From Nonlabens ponticola (GTDB taxonomy: Bacteria > Bacteroidota > Bacteroidia > Flavobacteriales > Flavobacteriaceae), in contig NZ_CP034549.1 of the NCBI RefSeq assembly GCF_003966335.1, forward strand, positions 1,920,001 to 1,952,000: 32,000 nucleotides of DNA, in the 5' to 3' direction. This document shows positions 1 to 8,723 of the stretch, piece by piece; within the stretch, counting starts at the first letter, position 1, and the number at the start of each line of letters is the position of its first letter. The notes below the pieces were generated by a model. It was not told the origin of the DNA. It searched no databases and saw only the letters and a program-made list of their open reading frames with translations. A program made the translations under genes and the position numbers.

Positions 1-274
1 TGTCATAGTCACTATCTGCGGTACAAGCGTTGAATTGTTCAATACGCTTGATACCGTCAATTTGCATGTTCTGGGTGATTTCCACAGCATTCGTTGACCA
101 TGGTGTAATAGTCGTGGCACGAGGTCCAGTGAAATATCCTGGAATAGATTTAGCCTCTATTTTTGGCATGTTGCCAAAAAGCCACTGCAACTTTTTGTCA
201 TCTTCATCACTCAGTTCTTGTGTAGTTTGAACGGCATAAACTAGGGTAGATGGGTCGCCATAAAAGTGGATCAT
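1..274 (-). CDS. purL: Phosphoribosylformylglycinamidine (FGAM) synthase, N-terminal fragment; the gene runs off the window start
   Basis: My own minus-strand translation from the ATG at 274-272 gives MIHFYGDPSTLVYAVQTTQELSDEDDKKLQWLFGNMPKIEAKSIPGYFTGPRATTITPWSTNAVEITQNMQIDGIKRIEQF..., open to the edge. The GPRxxTITPWSTNAVEI block resembles the conserved N-terminal domain of large PurL. It is absent from the ORF track because it is truncated. Confidence 0.7.
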   Translation of the reverse strand, partial: MIHFYGDPSTLVYAVQTTQELSDEDDKKLQWLFGNMPKIEAKSIPGYFTGPRATTITPWSTNAVEITQNMQIDGIKRIEQFNACTADSDYD

Positions 275-296
275 GAGGTGCTATTTTTGGATCACA

Positions 297-304
297 CAAA
301 GATA
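297..304 (-). promoter_or_regulatory. Candidate Bacteroidetes -7 promoter box (TATCTTTG on the minus strand) upstream of purL
   Basis: Plus-strand CAAAGATA is TATCTTTG on the minus strand and matches TAnnTTTG. It lies 22 nt upstream of the purL ATG. Confidence 0.3.
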
Positions 305-330
305 CTTTTTTATGAGTAGATTGATGGTTG

Positions 331-352
331 TTACGCTTTCGCGAAAGCGGAA
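331..352. repeat. Dispersed palindromic element, copy 1 (TTACGCTTTCGCGAAAGCGGAA)
   Basis: The 16-bp perfect palindrome CGCTTTCGCGAAAGCG has imperfect outer arms (tggttgtta / aattataacca). It lies between the GNAT stop and the purL start. Confidence 0.9.
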
Positions 353-385
353 TTATAACCACCTTTTTAACACTGAAATGACTAG

Positions 386-928
386 TTATAAATTCAATTT
401 CATGCGATACATGCCACGATATGTTGATCGCATGCTAGGGCTATCGAGAACAAAAGCGTGATCAATTTCAAAACCAACTTTTTTATAAAACTGAATCGCT
501 TGTTGCTGACTGTCCATCGATTCTAACCATATGCAATCAAAATTTTGCTTTCTAGCGTAAGCTATTAGCCAGCTAATAAGCTCTTTGCCTATGCCCAAAC
601 CATGAACTGCTGGATCAAGGTATAAGCGAAGTAGTTTGATGGCTTTTGTATTTTTTATTGACGGCATCACAGCTTCTATAAACCTGAATATTCCAACAAT
701 TTGCTTGTTAAAATTGACGAAGTAGTAAACGGCGTTTGAGTCTGCTAGATCTGTTTTAAGTTGCTCTTCATTATACTGTGAATATACATACTCGCTACCA
801 TCATCAAACCATAGATGCTGGTAAACGGGTCGATAAATACGCATCATGAGATCGAGAAGTTGTTCATGATCCTTATGAAAAATACGCTCAAGTTGTAGGT
901 TTTGGTAAATAATTATCGAGTCCTTCAA
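386..928 (-). CDS. GNAT family N-acetyltransferase
   Basis: 180-aa ORF. An acetyl-CoA binding-like block is present (LYLDPAVHGLGIGKELISWLIAYARKQNFDCIWLESMDSQQQAIQFYKKVGFE). The TTG start is 1 nt after the upstream gene's stop. Confidence 0.75.
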   Translation of the reverse strand: MKDSIIIYQNLQLERIFHKDHEQLLDLMMRIYRPVYQHLWFDDGSEYVYSQYNEEQLKTDLADSNAVYYFVNFNKQIVGIFRFIEAVMPSIKNTKAIKLLRLYLDPAVHGLGIGKELISWLIAYARKQNFDCIWLESMDSQQQAIQFYKKVGFEIDHAFVLDSPSMRSTYRGMYRMKLNL

Positions 929-929
929 C

Positions 930-1841
930 TTACCTCACGCTATAAATTTGAACTTTATTTTGACGGTTAAGCGGCAACACCATCAATTGTTTATCCTGAA
1001 TGTATAGAATATCACCAACGCTAAATTCTGAAGTGAAAAAATCTTCAAAGCCACCATCTTTTGAAGCTTTGTGAATGGTGCCGGCACTCCAATCTGATAT
1101 AAGAAAATGGCTCTCATCAAACAGCTGCACACCGTCTAGATTACCTTGCGGTGATGCGGTAATATTGGTAACTTTCTTTGAATAAGGATCAACTTTTAAA
1201 AATCTACCAGAAGATTTTTCACCTTCAACTTTTGACGGCAAACCCCATGCAGCCACATATAATTGATTATTGACAGCTAAGAGTCCATTAGGATTTTCTA
1301 GCAATGGCGAGGTCATCCATCGCGCATAAACGCGGTTAGGAGATAACCTATAAATAGATGATGATCGCATATCAGATACGTACACGTTGCCTTGATCATC
1401 TACTGCCACATCATTTAGGAACTGTTCATCACCTAGACTATATTCTTGTTTGATTTTACCTGATTTACGATCAATCGCGACAAGTTTTGTGACATCTGAA
1501 ACATAGATTGCGTCATTTTTGATGGCAATCCCTTTTGGATTATCTAGACCAGTGGTAAATGTTAGATCGAGTACATTGCCTTGAAGATCAAGTGTTGCAA
1601 TACTGCCGTCACCAGGTTCTTGCTCACCTTGAACAGACACGTAAAGCCGATCGTATATAGGATCATAAAAGACAGATTCTGCATGTGCGAGATTAGGCGT
1701 TTCAGATAAAAGCGTGATGACTGGTGGCGTCGATATGGACAACCGCTTTTCATTAGTTTCTTGAACTTTTGAATTTTGCGTGTTTTGAGTTTTGCAGGAA
1801 ACAATCGCTAGAAATATCAAGGCGAGAGAAATAGTCTTCAT
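930..1841 (-). CDS. Lipoprotein with a beta-propeller (SMP-30/gluconolactonase/LRE- or NHL-like repeats)
   Basis: 303 aa. Signal peptide with a lipobox-like LAIVSC. Repeated motifs are present (AIYVSD, GNVYVSD, NQLYVAAWG, NPKGIAI/NPNGLLA). Confidence 0.5.
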   Translation of the reverse strand: MKTISLALIFLAIVSCKTQNTQNSKVQETNEKRLSISTPPVITLLSETPNLAHAESVFYDPIYDRLYVSVQGEQEPGDGSIATLDLQGNVLDLTFTTGLDNPKGIAIKNDAIYVSDVTKLVAIDRKSGKIKQEYSLGDEQFLNDVAVDDQGNVYVSDMRSSSIYRLSPNRVYARWMTSPLLENPNGLLAVNNQLYVAAWGLPSKVEGEKSSGRFLKVDPYSKKVTNITASPQGNLDGVQLFDESHFLISDWSAGTIHKASKDGGFEDFFTSEFSVGDILYIQDKQLMVLPLNRQNKVQIYSVR

Positions 1842-1919
1842 CGTGTTTTATTTGAGATTTAAAAGTACGGTTTCTGTAATTGTGAGCATGATGGATTCTT
1901 GCGACATGAGATTGGTGTG

Positions 1920-1940
1920 TTAGCTTTCGCAAAAGCGTAA
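1920..1940. repeat. Dispersed palindromic element, degenerate copy 2 (TTAGCTTTCGCAAAAGCGTAA)
   Basis: Relative to the 22-mer consensus it has a 1-nt deletion and a central G-to-A change. It lies in a divergent intergenic region. Confidence 0.7.
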
Positions 1941-2019
1941 CCGCAATCAATCGTTAAGCTTATTTAAAGGACGAGTCATTAATCATTGAGATCTCGTAAA
2001 TTTTGGAAAAACATAATCA

Positions 2020-3027
2020 ATGAAAGCAGCAAGATTTATGGAACAAGGTGGCGATCTACAGATCGTAGATGTGCCAAAACCAAGTCCAGAAAAAAACGAA
2101 ATACTTATTAAAGTACAAGCCTGTGGAATATGCCACAGCGATAATTTTGTCAAGCAAGGTGCCATGGGCAACGAGTTCCCGCGCACGCCAGGACATGAAG
2201 TTGTGGGAATAATTGAAGAGGTAGGCAGTGATTTAACCAGTCTAGAAAAAGGCCAGCGCGTGGGAATAGGATGGCATGGCGGTCATTGTTTTACTTGTGA
2301 TCCTTGTAGACGCGGTAAATTTATCAATTGTGAGAATGCAAAAATCTCTGGGATATCCTATGATGGCGGCTATGCAGAATATATGACCGCTCCATACGAG
2401 GCAGCAGCCATCGTTCCTGAGGATCTAAAGAGTACAGAAGCAGCGCCATTACTTTGTGCAGGAATCACCGTTTTTAATGGTATGCGCAATGCAGGATTGA
2501 GAGCTGGCGACACTGTTGCCGTTCAAGGAATAGGTGGTCTAGGTCACCTTGCCATTCAGTATGCTAATAAAATGGGAATGAAAACCATCGCGCTGAGTAC
2601 GACCGAGGATAAAAAGGATCTCGCCATGAAACTAGGCGCACATCACTTTATCGCCACTGATGATGTGGATGCGGTAGAAAAACTACAGGAATTAGGTGGC
2701 GCAGATCTCATCGTTGCCACCGCGCCTCATGCAGATGCCATATCGAGTGTCATTGATGGTCTAGGTATTGACGGTACGATGCTGTTAATCGCTGCGGCTG
2801 GTGATGATATAAAGGTGTCGCCATTGCAGTTATTACAAGCTCGTAAGAGCCTCAAAGGCTGGCCAAGTGGTGTCGCGCCTGATAGTGAAGACACGCTCAA
2901 TTTTAGCGCACGTACTGGTGCGTTACCAATGATTGAGGAATTTAAACTTGACGATGCTCATAAAGCCTTTGAAAAGATGATGAGTAATGAAACCAGATTT
3001 AGAGCAGTTTTAAATATGGAAATGTAG
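2020..3027 (+). CDS. Zinc-dependent alcohol dehydrogenase (MDR family)
   Basis: 335 aa with GICHSD, GHEVVGIIEEVG, the structural-zinc Cys cluster CFTCDPCRRGKFINC, and a GIGGLGH Rossmann motif. Confidence 0.85.
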   Translation: MKAARFMEQGGDLQIVDVPKPSPEKNEILIKVQACGICHSDNFVKQGAMGNEFPRTPGHEVVGIIEEVGSDLTSLEKGQRVGIGWHGGHCFTCDPCRRGKFINCENAKISGISYDGGYAEYMTAPYEAAAIVPEDLKSTEAAPLLCAGITVFNGMRNAGLRAGDTVAVQGIGGLGHLAIQYANKMGMKTIALSTTEDKKDLAMKLGAHHFIATDDVDAVEKLQELGGADLIVATAPHADAISSVIDGLGIDGTMLLIAAAGDDIKVSPLQLLQARKSLKGWPSGVAPDSEDTLNFSARTGALPMIEEFKLDDAHKAFEKMMSNETRFRAVLNMEM

Positions 3028-3050
3028 AGTTCTTGAGTTAGTGAAAATGA

Positions 3051-3084
3051 AAAACGCCCAGTGATTAAAATCATTGGGCGTTTT
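3051..3084. terminator. Bidirectional intrinsic terminator hairpin between convergent genes
   Basis: AAAACGCCCAGTGA-TTAAAA-TCATTGGGCGTTTT forms a 14-bp stem with one G.U pair. A/T runs on both sides give a U-tail on either strand. Confidence 0.7.
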
Positions 3085-3109
3085 AGTGTATTATGAAATC
3101 GCTACTATG

Positions 3110-5116
3110 CTATTCAACAACCACCTTAAAGCTGCGTACTGCATCTGCAAATTCAATTTTAACAATGTATATTCCAGCTTTTTCTACAATAAAGCTGTCG
3201 CCTAAGACTCTTTCTTTTTTGATCTGGCGTCCTGCAAGGTCATAAACTGTCACGGTTGGTTGTTGTATATCACCCTTGATGAAGAACAAACCAGTGCTTG
3301 AAGGATTAGGGTAGAGTAGTAGGTTGGCTAATACTTCATCACCAACGCTAGCAGTAGTTCCAAAAGTATGAGAGCCTAGATCATCAAACGTATTTATTGG
3401 GAATTCATTCCATTCCGCAGCTAGATTAAAAGAAACTGTTGGTCCTGTAACTTCTGGCTTGCGTACTAAGGTCACGTTTTGCGCAAAATCTGCACCACCG
3501 CCACCAAAGTTTCCTACTATGTCGATCAACTCATCATTTTTGAACAAGCCGACTGGATCATTACCATTAAAGTCTAATGCCGTGCCGCTGTTGACAAGAA
3601 CATCTGCCTCATCAGTTATTTCAGAATCCGCACCACTGTTGGCAATAACAAACACCTCACCATCAGCCAATGTGCCTGTTAGAGGCGTGTCGCTAGACCA
3701 ATTGCCACCACCATTGGTATCACGTTGCAAACTGTAATTTGATAGATCCACAGCTTCACCAGTGAAGTTGGCAATCTCAATCGCTTTATTTACACCACTG
3801 CCTTCAATGTATTCTGATATAAATAGTTCGGAGGACTCGGTAGAACCATCGCGTGCCTCTAGACTAACGACCGTTCTATCATCTGGAAACTCGTCATTAT
3901 CAGTATCTACGTTAGTATCATCATCCGGATCATCACTGATAGCCGTTACAATTTCTCCATCTAAGGTTTCCTCGCTATTTCCGGTCGCCGTTACCTGATT
4001 GCTTACACAGTTACACTCGCTATCAATGTCTTCTTGTGTAATAGAGTAGCGCAATATACCAGATGGAATCTCAGACGACAAGCCAGGAGCAAGACTTTCT
4101 AGGTTTTTAGGTTCTTCAAAGATACCTTTCTCTGCACCTACTGAAATTTGCCACACGGTACTGGTACCACGATTTGTAATTGTGTAGGTGTATTGTATTT
4201 CATCACCTACATTCACTTCATCATCATTATTCAAGTCTACATAAGTTCCTGATAATGTAACAGCGAGAATATTCGTCTCTTCTGGAGTTCCCCAAATTTG
4301 ATTCACGTATTGTGGTACATCTATGAAAGGATTGCGATTATTTTGATGTTCAAAAATCTCGTTGTTTCTATCAATCTCACGATCACTTACTGGATCTTCT
4401 GCATGCCATTTAAGTAGCAAATTAATGTACCAATCCTCATAAAATTGCCCTCTAGATCCATCACGTGGATCACGATCTACATTGGGACTATCCCAAGAAC
4501 TATCGTCAAATCGATCTTGGTATCTTGTAGCAAAGTATAATAATGATCTAGCTACATCACCTTTAAATTCATCGATGGGTTCAAAAGCGGTACCGCTATA
4601 TCCATCGACACTTGATGGACCACGCTTACTACCATTGCTAGAAGTATATTCTGGATTATTTACCTCACTAAAAGGCCAGCTACCGCGCGCACCGTTAACC
4701 GATCCATCGGTAGGCACTACGTGGTGAGCATCGCTGCGCATAGGCTCTTGACTATTGAATCGTCCTTGAGGAAAAATGTGCTCGCGATTATAGCAGGTAC
4801 CTTCTGCGCCTACATTACCACAGTTTTCTGAAAACTCATAATTATAAGGGTCTGGACCATCCGGATTTTCAGAATAGATATCAAGGATAGTATTGGTTTG
4901 TGTACCACCATCATAAAACTCGTCATTATCGCTTGTCTGATATAAAGTAAGCAGCGCATTATAGCTGCGACCATTGTATCCATCGCTTATGATTTGAGAT
5001 AATGCGGTTTTAAGTTCAAAGCCATCAAGACCTTGGGCGTCGTCGTAATAACCAGCTGGTGGTTGGGCCGTTGCCAGTGCGGCTAACAGCAGGAAGAATA
5101 AGGTAACATTTTTCAT
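3110..5116 (-). CDS. Secreted multidomain nuclease: Endonuclease I family domain, repeat domain, lamin-tail (LTD) domain and T9SS C-terminal sorting domain
   Basis: 668 aa with a signal peptide. Endonuclease-I-like motifs: YNREHIFPQ, DAHHVVPTDGSVNGARGSWPF, RNPFID. LTD-like block: ELFISEYIEGSGVNKAIEIANFTG...FVIAN. The C-terminus (LLLYPNPSSTGLFFIKGD...VTVYDLAGRQI...GIYIVKIE) is typical of the Por/T9SS tail. Confidence 0.8.
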   Translation of the reverse strand: MKNVTLFFLLLAALATAQPPAGYYDDAQGLDGFELKTALSQIISDGYNGRSYNALLTLYQTSDNDEFYDGGTQTNTILDIYSENPDGPDPYNYEFSENCGNVGAEGTCYNREHIFPQGRFNSQEPMRSDAHHVVPTDGSVNGARGSWPFSEVNNPEYTSSNGSKRGPSSVDGYSGTAFEPIDEFKGDVARSLLYFATRYQDRFDDSSWDSPNVDRDPRDGSRGQFYEDWYINLLLKWHAEDPVSDREIDRNNEIFEHQNNRNPFIDVPQYVNQIWGTPEETNILAVTLSGTYVDLNNDDEVNVGDEIQYTYTITNRGTSTVWQISVGAEKGIFEEPKNLESLAPGLSSEIPSGILRYSITQEDIDSECNCVSNQVTATGNSEETLDGEIVTAISDDPDDDTNVDTDNDEFPDDRTVVSLEARDGSTESSELFISEYIEGSGVNKAIEIANFTGEAVDLSNYSLQRDTNGGGNWSSDTPLTGTLADGEVFVIANSGADSEITDEADVLVNSGTALDFNGNDPVGLFKNDELIDIVGNFGGGGADFAQNVTLVRKPEVTGPTVSFNLAAEWNEFPINTFDDLGSHTFGTTASVGDEVLANLLLYPNPSSTGLFFIKGDIQQPTVTVYDLAGRQIKKERVLGDSFIVEKAGIYIVKIEFADAVRSFKVVVE

Positions 5117-5126
5117 AATAGCAATT

Positions 5127-6338
5127 TTAATTTTTCAATAGTCTGGCCATATAAAAGCCATCAAATCCATCTTTATGTGCAAGTAGCGATTGCGATTCTT
5201 GCAGCGTAAAAGTCGATCCAGCTTCAGATTTTAAAAAGGCTTCTACTTGTCCTTCATTTTCTGATGGTAAGATAGAGCAGGTCGCATATACCATACTTCC
5301 GCCTGACTTTACAACACGGCTGTAAGATTGCAATATTTCCTGTTGTGTAGTCTTAATTTCTTCTATAAATTCTGGCTGCAATTTCCATTTTGCATCTGGA
5401 TTACGTCTCAACACGCCTATACCACTACACGGTGCGTCTATTAATAAACGATCCATCTTGCCATCCAGTTTTTTTATGACTTTAGTACTATCGATATGTC
5501 TGGATTCAATATTGTGAGCGCCCGCGCGTCTAGCGCGTCTTTTAAGCTCATGCAACTTATTTTTATAAATATCTGTCGCAATAATTTGACCTTTGTTTTC
5601 CATAATGGCGGCGAGATGCAATGTCTTGCCACCAGCTCCAGCGCAAGAATCCATCACACGCAATCCTGAATCTACTCGTAGATAAGGTGCAATGGTTTGA
5701 GAACCAGCATCTTGTACTTCAAATAACCCATCCTGGAATAATTGTGTTTGGAACACGTTGGCGCGTTCTTCTAAGATCAAGGCATCAGGAAATCTATCAT
5801 CAGTTGTAGTTGCAATCTCAAGGGCTTGTAATTTTTCTTTCAATGTTTTGCGATCTGTCTTGAGCGTGTTGGTGCGTAGGACAACGTCTGCTTGTTTGTT
5901 TAGAGCAGCAAGCTCTGCCGTCCATAATTCTTCTCCCAATTCTGCCACGCATAGTTCATCCATCCAGTCTGGAATGCTTTCGCGGTATTTGCGAATTGAT
6001 GATAACTCGTCAAACCTGCCCTTGATGCGACGCACAGGCGTGTTATAATATTCTTCCCATGCTGGGATTTCATATCCTTTAAGTACGATCCACACTGCGG
6101 TCATGCGCCATAGATCTGCCGGCTTGAAAGGTTCCTTGACGCTGGCGATTTCAGCATACAAGCGCTTGTACCTAACTATATCATAGGTAGTTTCTGCAAT
6201 GAAGCCACGATCTCGCGAGCCCCAACGAGTGTCTCTTTTTAGGATTTTCTGGATCGCTTGATCTGCATATTTCCCATCATTAAATATCTGGTGAAGTGCA
6301 TCTACGGTTGCCTGTAGCAAGTTGTGGTGAAATCTCAT
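5127..6338 (-). CDS. rsmB: RsmB/Sun (NOL1/NOP2) family rRNA cytosine-C5 methyltransferase
   Basis: 403 aa. SAM motif DSCAGAGGKTLHLAA. Catalytic motifs DAPCSGIGVLRRNPDAKW and YATCSILPSENE. N-terminal NusB-like region. Confidence 0.8.
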   Translation of the reverse strand: MRFHHNLLQATVDALHQIFNDGKYADQAIQKILKRDTRWGSRDRGFIAETTYDIVRYKRLYAEIASVKEPFKPADLWRMTAVWIVLKGYEIPAWEEYYNTPVRRIKGRFDELSSIRKYRESIPDWMDELCVAELGEELWTAELAALNKQADVVLRTNTLKTDRKTLKEKLQALEIATTTDDRFPDALILEERANVFQTQLFQDGLFEVQDAGSQTIAPYLRVDSGLRVMDSCAGAGGKTLHLAAIMENKGQIIATDIYKNKLHELKRRARRAGAHNIESRHIDSTKVIKKLDGKMDRLLIDAPCSGIGVLRRNPDAKWKLQPEFIEEIKTTQQEILQSYSRVVKSGGSMVYATCSILPSENEGQVEAFLKSEAGSTFTLQESQSLLAHKDGFDGFYMARLLKN

Positions 6339-6342
6339 TTTG

Positions 6343-6350
6343 CAAAAATA
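6343..6350 (-). promoter_or_regulatory. Candidate -7 promoter box (TATTTTTG on the minus strand), 4 nt from the rsmB ATG
   Basis: Plus-strand CAAAAATA is TATTTTTG on the minus strand. The spacer CAAA is followed by the ATG at 6338. Confidence 0.4.
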
Positions 6351-6411
6351 AGGCGTTAAACTGCGAGAAGATATAGTTGCGATGGTTATTTGTTAAGATG
6401 TTGTTGGTTAA

Positions 6412-6433
6412 TTACGCTTTCGCGAAAGCATAA
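6412..6433. repeat. Dispersed palindromic element, copy 3 (TTACGCTTTCGCGAAAGCATAA)
   Basis: Core palindrome with outer arms (ttggttaat / taattatcacca). It lies in the divergent intergenic region between the rsmB-like gene and the BNR lipoprotein gene. Confidence 0.9.
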
Positions 6434-6465
6434 TTATCACCATTTTTACCACAAAAATTACAGTT

Positions 6466-7533
6466 ATGCGGTACTTACTACCCTTATTGCTATTGTGCCT
6501 TGTGTCCTGCCGAAAAAACATGGCAGAAGATATCATGGATCGCAGTATGCAGGCTTCTATGGAGATCAAGACAATTTCTCAAGACTCGATTAGTGTGCGC
6601 GCACTGCAACATGCTGATGATACTTTCTGGTTTGCAGGTAGTAATGGGACTTACGGGATGATTAATGACACGACTTACATCGTGGAAAGTGGACTGGTTA
6701 ATTATAACGGTAATAGCAATCTTGAATTTAGATCTATCGCTAGTACTGAAAATTATACCTACATGTTAACGGCTGGATCGCCAGCACTTATCTATAAAAT
6801 TGATAAGCAGGATAAGTCTGCCACTCTAGTATATAAAGAAGAAGGTGAGAAAGTGTTTTATGATAGTATGAAATTCTGGTTTGATCGTGAAGGTATCGCC
6901 ATGGGTGATCCTCAAGATGGTTGTTTGACCATCTTACGCACTTTTAATGCAGGTCAGGATTGGATCAAAGTTCCTTGTAGTGACTTGCCTGCAATTGTTG
7001 AAGGTGAAGCAGCTTTTGCAGCTAGTAATTCCAATATATCGATTTATAGAGACCACGTATGGATTGTAAGCGGTGGCGCGGCGGCACGAGTTTATCATAG
7101 CGCAGATCGCGGCGAGACGTGGACAGTCACAGACTCACCAATTAAGAGTGGTGGCGAGATGACAGGAATTTATGCTGTTGATTTTTATGATGAAAATACT
7201 GGTGTCATCATAGGCGGCGATTGGAATGATAAAGACAGTAGCGATGCTAATAAGGCAATCACTCATGATGGTGGTAAAACCTGGTCATTACTTAACGATA
7301 GTGATGGTCCAGGATATTGCAGCGACATTACTTTTATTCCTGATACTGCTGGTCAAGAATTGCTAGCAGTAGGAAGTCCTGGTATCTGGTGGAGCGGCAA
7401 TCAAGGTGATGACTGGATCAAATTGTCAGACCAAGGATTCTATACCGTAGCTTTTGAAAACAAACAGAAAGGTGTTCTCGCTGGAGCTAACCATATAGCC
7501 AAATTTGATATTGATCGCTATTGGGAAAAATAG
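6466..7533 (+). CDS. BNR/Asp-box repeat beta-propeller lipoprotein (Ycf48/sialidase-fold-like)
   Basis: 355 aa with lipobox LCLVSC. Asp-box-like motifs: FNAGQDW, SADRGETWT, THDGGKTWS, SGNQGDDW. Confidence 0.6.
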   Translation: MRYLLPLLLLCLVSCRKNMAEDIMDRSMQASMEIKTISQDSISVRALQHADDTFWFAGSNGTYGMINDTTYIVESGLVNYNGNSNLEFRSIASTENYTYMLTAGSPALIYKIDKQDKSATLVYKEEGEKVFYDSMKFWFDREGIAMGDPQDGCLTILRTFNAGQDWIKVPCSDLPAIVEGEAAFAASNSNISIYRDHVWIVSGGAAARVYHSADRGETWTVTDSPIKSGGEMTGIYAVDFYDENTGVIIGGDWNDKDSSDANKAITHDGGKTWSLLNDSDGPGYCSDITFIPDTAGQELLAVGSPGIWWSGNQGDDWIKLSDQGFYTVAFENKQKGVLAGANHIAKFDIDRYWEK

Positions 7534-7726
7534 TAATCGATGAACGGCAAGCGTCAACTCGCAGAAAAACAATTAGTTAACGTTTTAACCATCTTTAATT
7601 AGCTACTTTAATCGATGTAGACACGTAGTTGATCTATATTTGAACAGGTTTAAGTAGTTAGCAAACAGTTTTATTTTTGATTAAGAATAAAATAAAAGCG
7701 GTGGAGACCGCTAGTTTCATGATAAG

Positions 7727-7755
7727 AAAAGAGAGAAGCAATTCTCTCTTTTTTT
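7727..7755. terminator. Bidirectional intrinsic terminator
   Basis: AGAGAGAA-GCAA-TTCTCTCT stem-loop, followed by a T run on the plus strand and preceded by an A run. It lies about 10 nt beyond the dus stop and about 195 nt after the BNR gene stop. Confidence 0.65.
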
Positions 7756-7766
7756 ATGCCGTCAAC

Positions 7767-8723
7767 TCAATTGTTTACTGAATTTAATATCTCGCTAACC
7801 GCAGCCTTGTAAGCGCGCGGATTATTAGCCTTCTTTATTTTCTTGAATGTCTTTTGTGGATTATCAAACTGCTGTGCAAAATAATTCCAGAATCCCTGCA
7901 TCTTCATCTTGATAGGAGTAGGCCCTTGAAGAAAGGCATCATATTGCTCATAAATTGTGTCGTGAAATTCACTGAAGCGTGACCAACGATCTGCAGGATA
8001 GTTGTTGAGGTCGTTTTTAATCATGTTAGGCAACCATGGGTCTGCAATGAGGCCGCGACCAATCATCCAATGGTTTACTGCAGGAAACCTCTCTTGACGT
8101 TGCTTAAATACTTCAACACTGGTAATATCACCATTATAGTATAAGGTATGCGGCGCAGCATCAAGACATGCTTGAAAAGCATCCAGATGCACGCCACCTT
8201 TATAGAGTTGTTTACCTGTGCGCGCATGGATGGCAATACTCTTGAGCGGATATTTCTCTAGTGTTTCAAAACTCTCAAGAATCTCACCCGTGTGTTCATA
8301 GCCCAATCTCATTTTCATGGATATCTTGATGTCAACTTCTTGATGTACTCGATCAAGTATGGCGTCAATTTGATCGATGTTTGCTATCAAGCCGCTTCCC
8401 ATTCCACGTTTAGTAACCATAGGATAAGGACAACCTAAGTTCCAGTTGAGCTCGTCATAGCCTAGGTCTTTCACATAGTTAGCAGCGAGCTGGAACTCAT
8501 CAACGCTAGCCGTCATTACCTGTGGTATTAGGATAGGAACCTCATTATTATCTGGATTTAGATCACGCTGGTAGGAAGATTTGATTTCTGGTTTACCGTT
8601 GAATCTTATATATGGGGCGTAGAAAACATCAATACCTCCAAAATACTTGTGCAACGCATTACGAAATCTAAAGTCTGTAAAACCTTGAAGAGGTGATGAA
8701 AGAAGGGTGAACGGCTGTGGCAT
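7767..8723 (-). CDS. tRNA-dihydrouridine synthase (Dus family)
   Basis: 318 aa. PLQGFTDFRFR, NWNLGCPYPMV (catalytic Cys region) and IHARTGKQ. Its start shares one base with the stop of the upstream SBP gene (TAATG). Confidence 0.8.
   Translation of the reverse strand: MPQPFTLLSSPLQGFTDFRFRNALHKYFGGIDVFYAPYIRFNGKPEIKSSYQRDLNPDNNEVPILIPQVMTASVDEFQLAANYVKDLGYDELNWNLGCPYPMVTKRGMGSGLIANIDQIDAILDRVHQEVDIKISMKMRLGYEHTGEILESFETLEKYPLKSIAIHARTGKQLYKGGVHLDAFQACLDAAPHTLYYNGDITSVEVFKQRQERFPAVNHWMIGRGLIADPWLPNMIKNDLNNYPADRWSRFSEFHDTIYEQYDAFLQGPTPIKMKMQGFWNYFAQQFDNPQKTFKKIKKANNPRAYKAAVSEILNSVNN

Noticed and set aside
30-230. Track ORF 30-230 (+), 66 aa.
   Set aside because: It is antisense to the purL N-terminal coding region, which has clear family-specific motifs. 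I recognised no features in it.
273-461. Track ORF 273-461 (+) and the similar ORF 6390-6593 (+), with peptides ...TLSRKRNYNH... and ...TLSRKHNYHH...
   Set aside because: Both simply read through copies of the palindromic repeat in its LSRK frame. They overlap the better-supported GNAT gene and the BNR lipoprotein gene respectively, so their similarity is a repeat artefact.
1562-2186. Track ORFs 1562-1804, 1753-1950 and 1983-2186 (-).
   Set aside because: They are alternative-frame or antisense overlaps of the propeller lipoprotein and ADH genes, or they span the intergenic repeat. They show no motifs and have an unlikely composition.
3459-4727. Track ORFs 3459-3737, 3762-3998 and 4482-4727 (+) inside the nuclease gene.
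   Set aside because: They are antisense shadows of a 668-aa CDS with strong domain evidence. They are Ser/Pro/Leu-rich and low-complexity, as expected for the reverse frame of an Asp/Gly/Glu-rich protein.
5621-6048. Track ORFs 5621-5809 and 5758-6048 (+) inside the rsmB-like gene.
   Set aside because: They are antisense to a CDS with canonical methyltransferase motifs.
7535-7616. TAATCGATG repeated at about 7535 and 7608, and CGTCAACTC repeated at about 7551 and 7760.
   Set aside because: These are 9-mers occurring twice in AT-rich DNA. One copy lies inside the dus coding region. They are too short to distinguish from chance.
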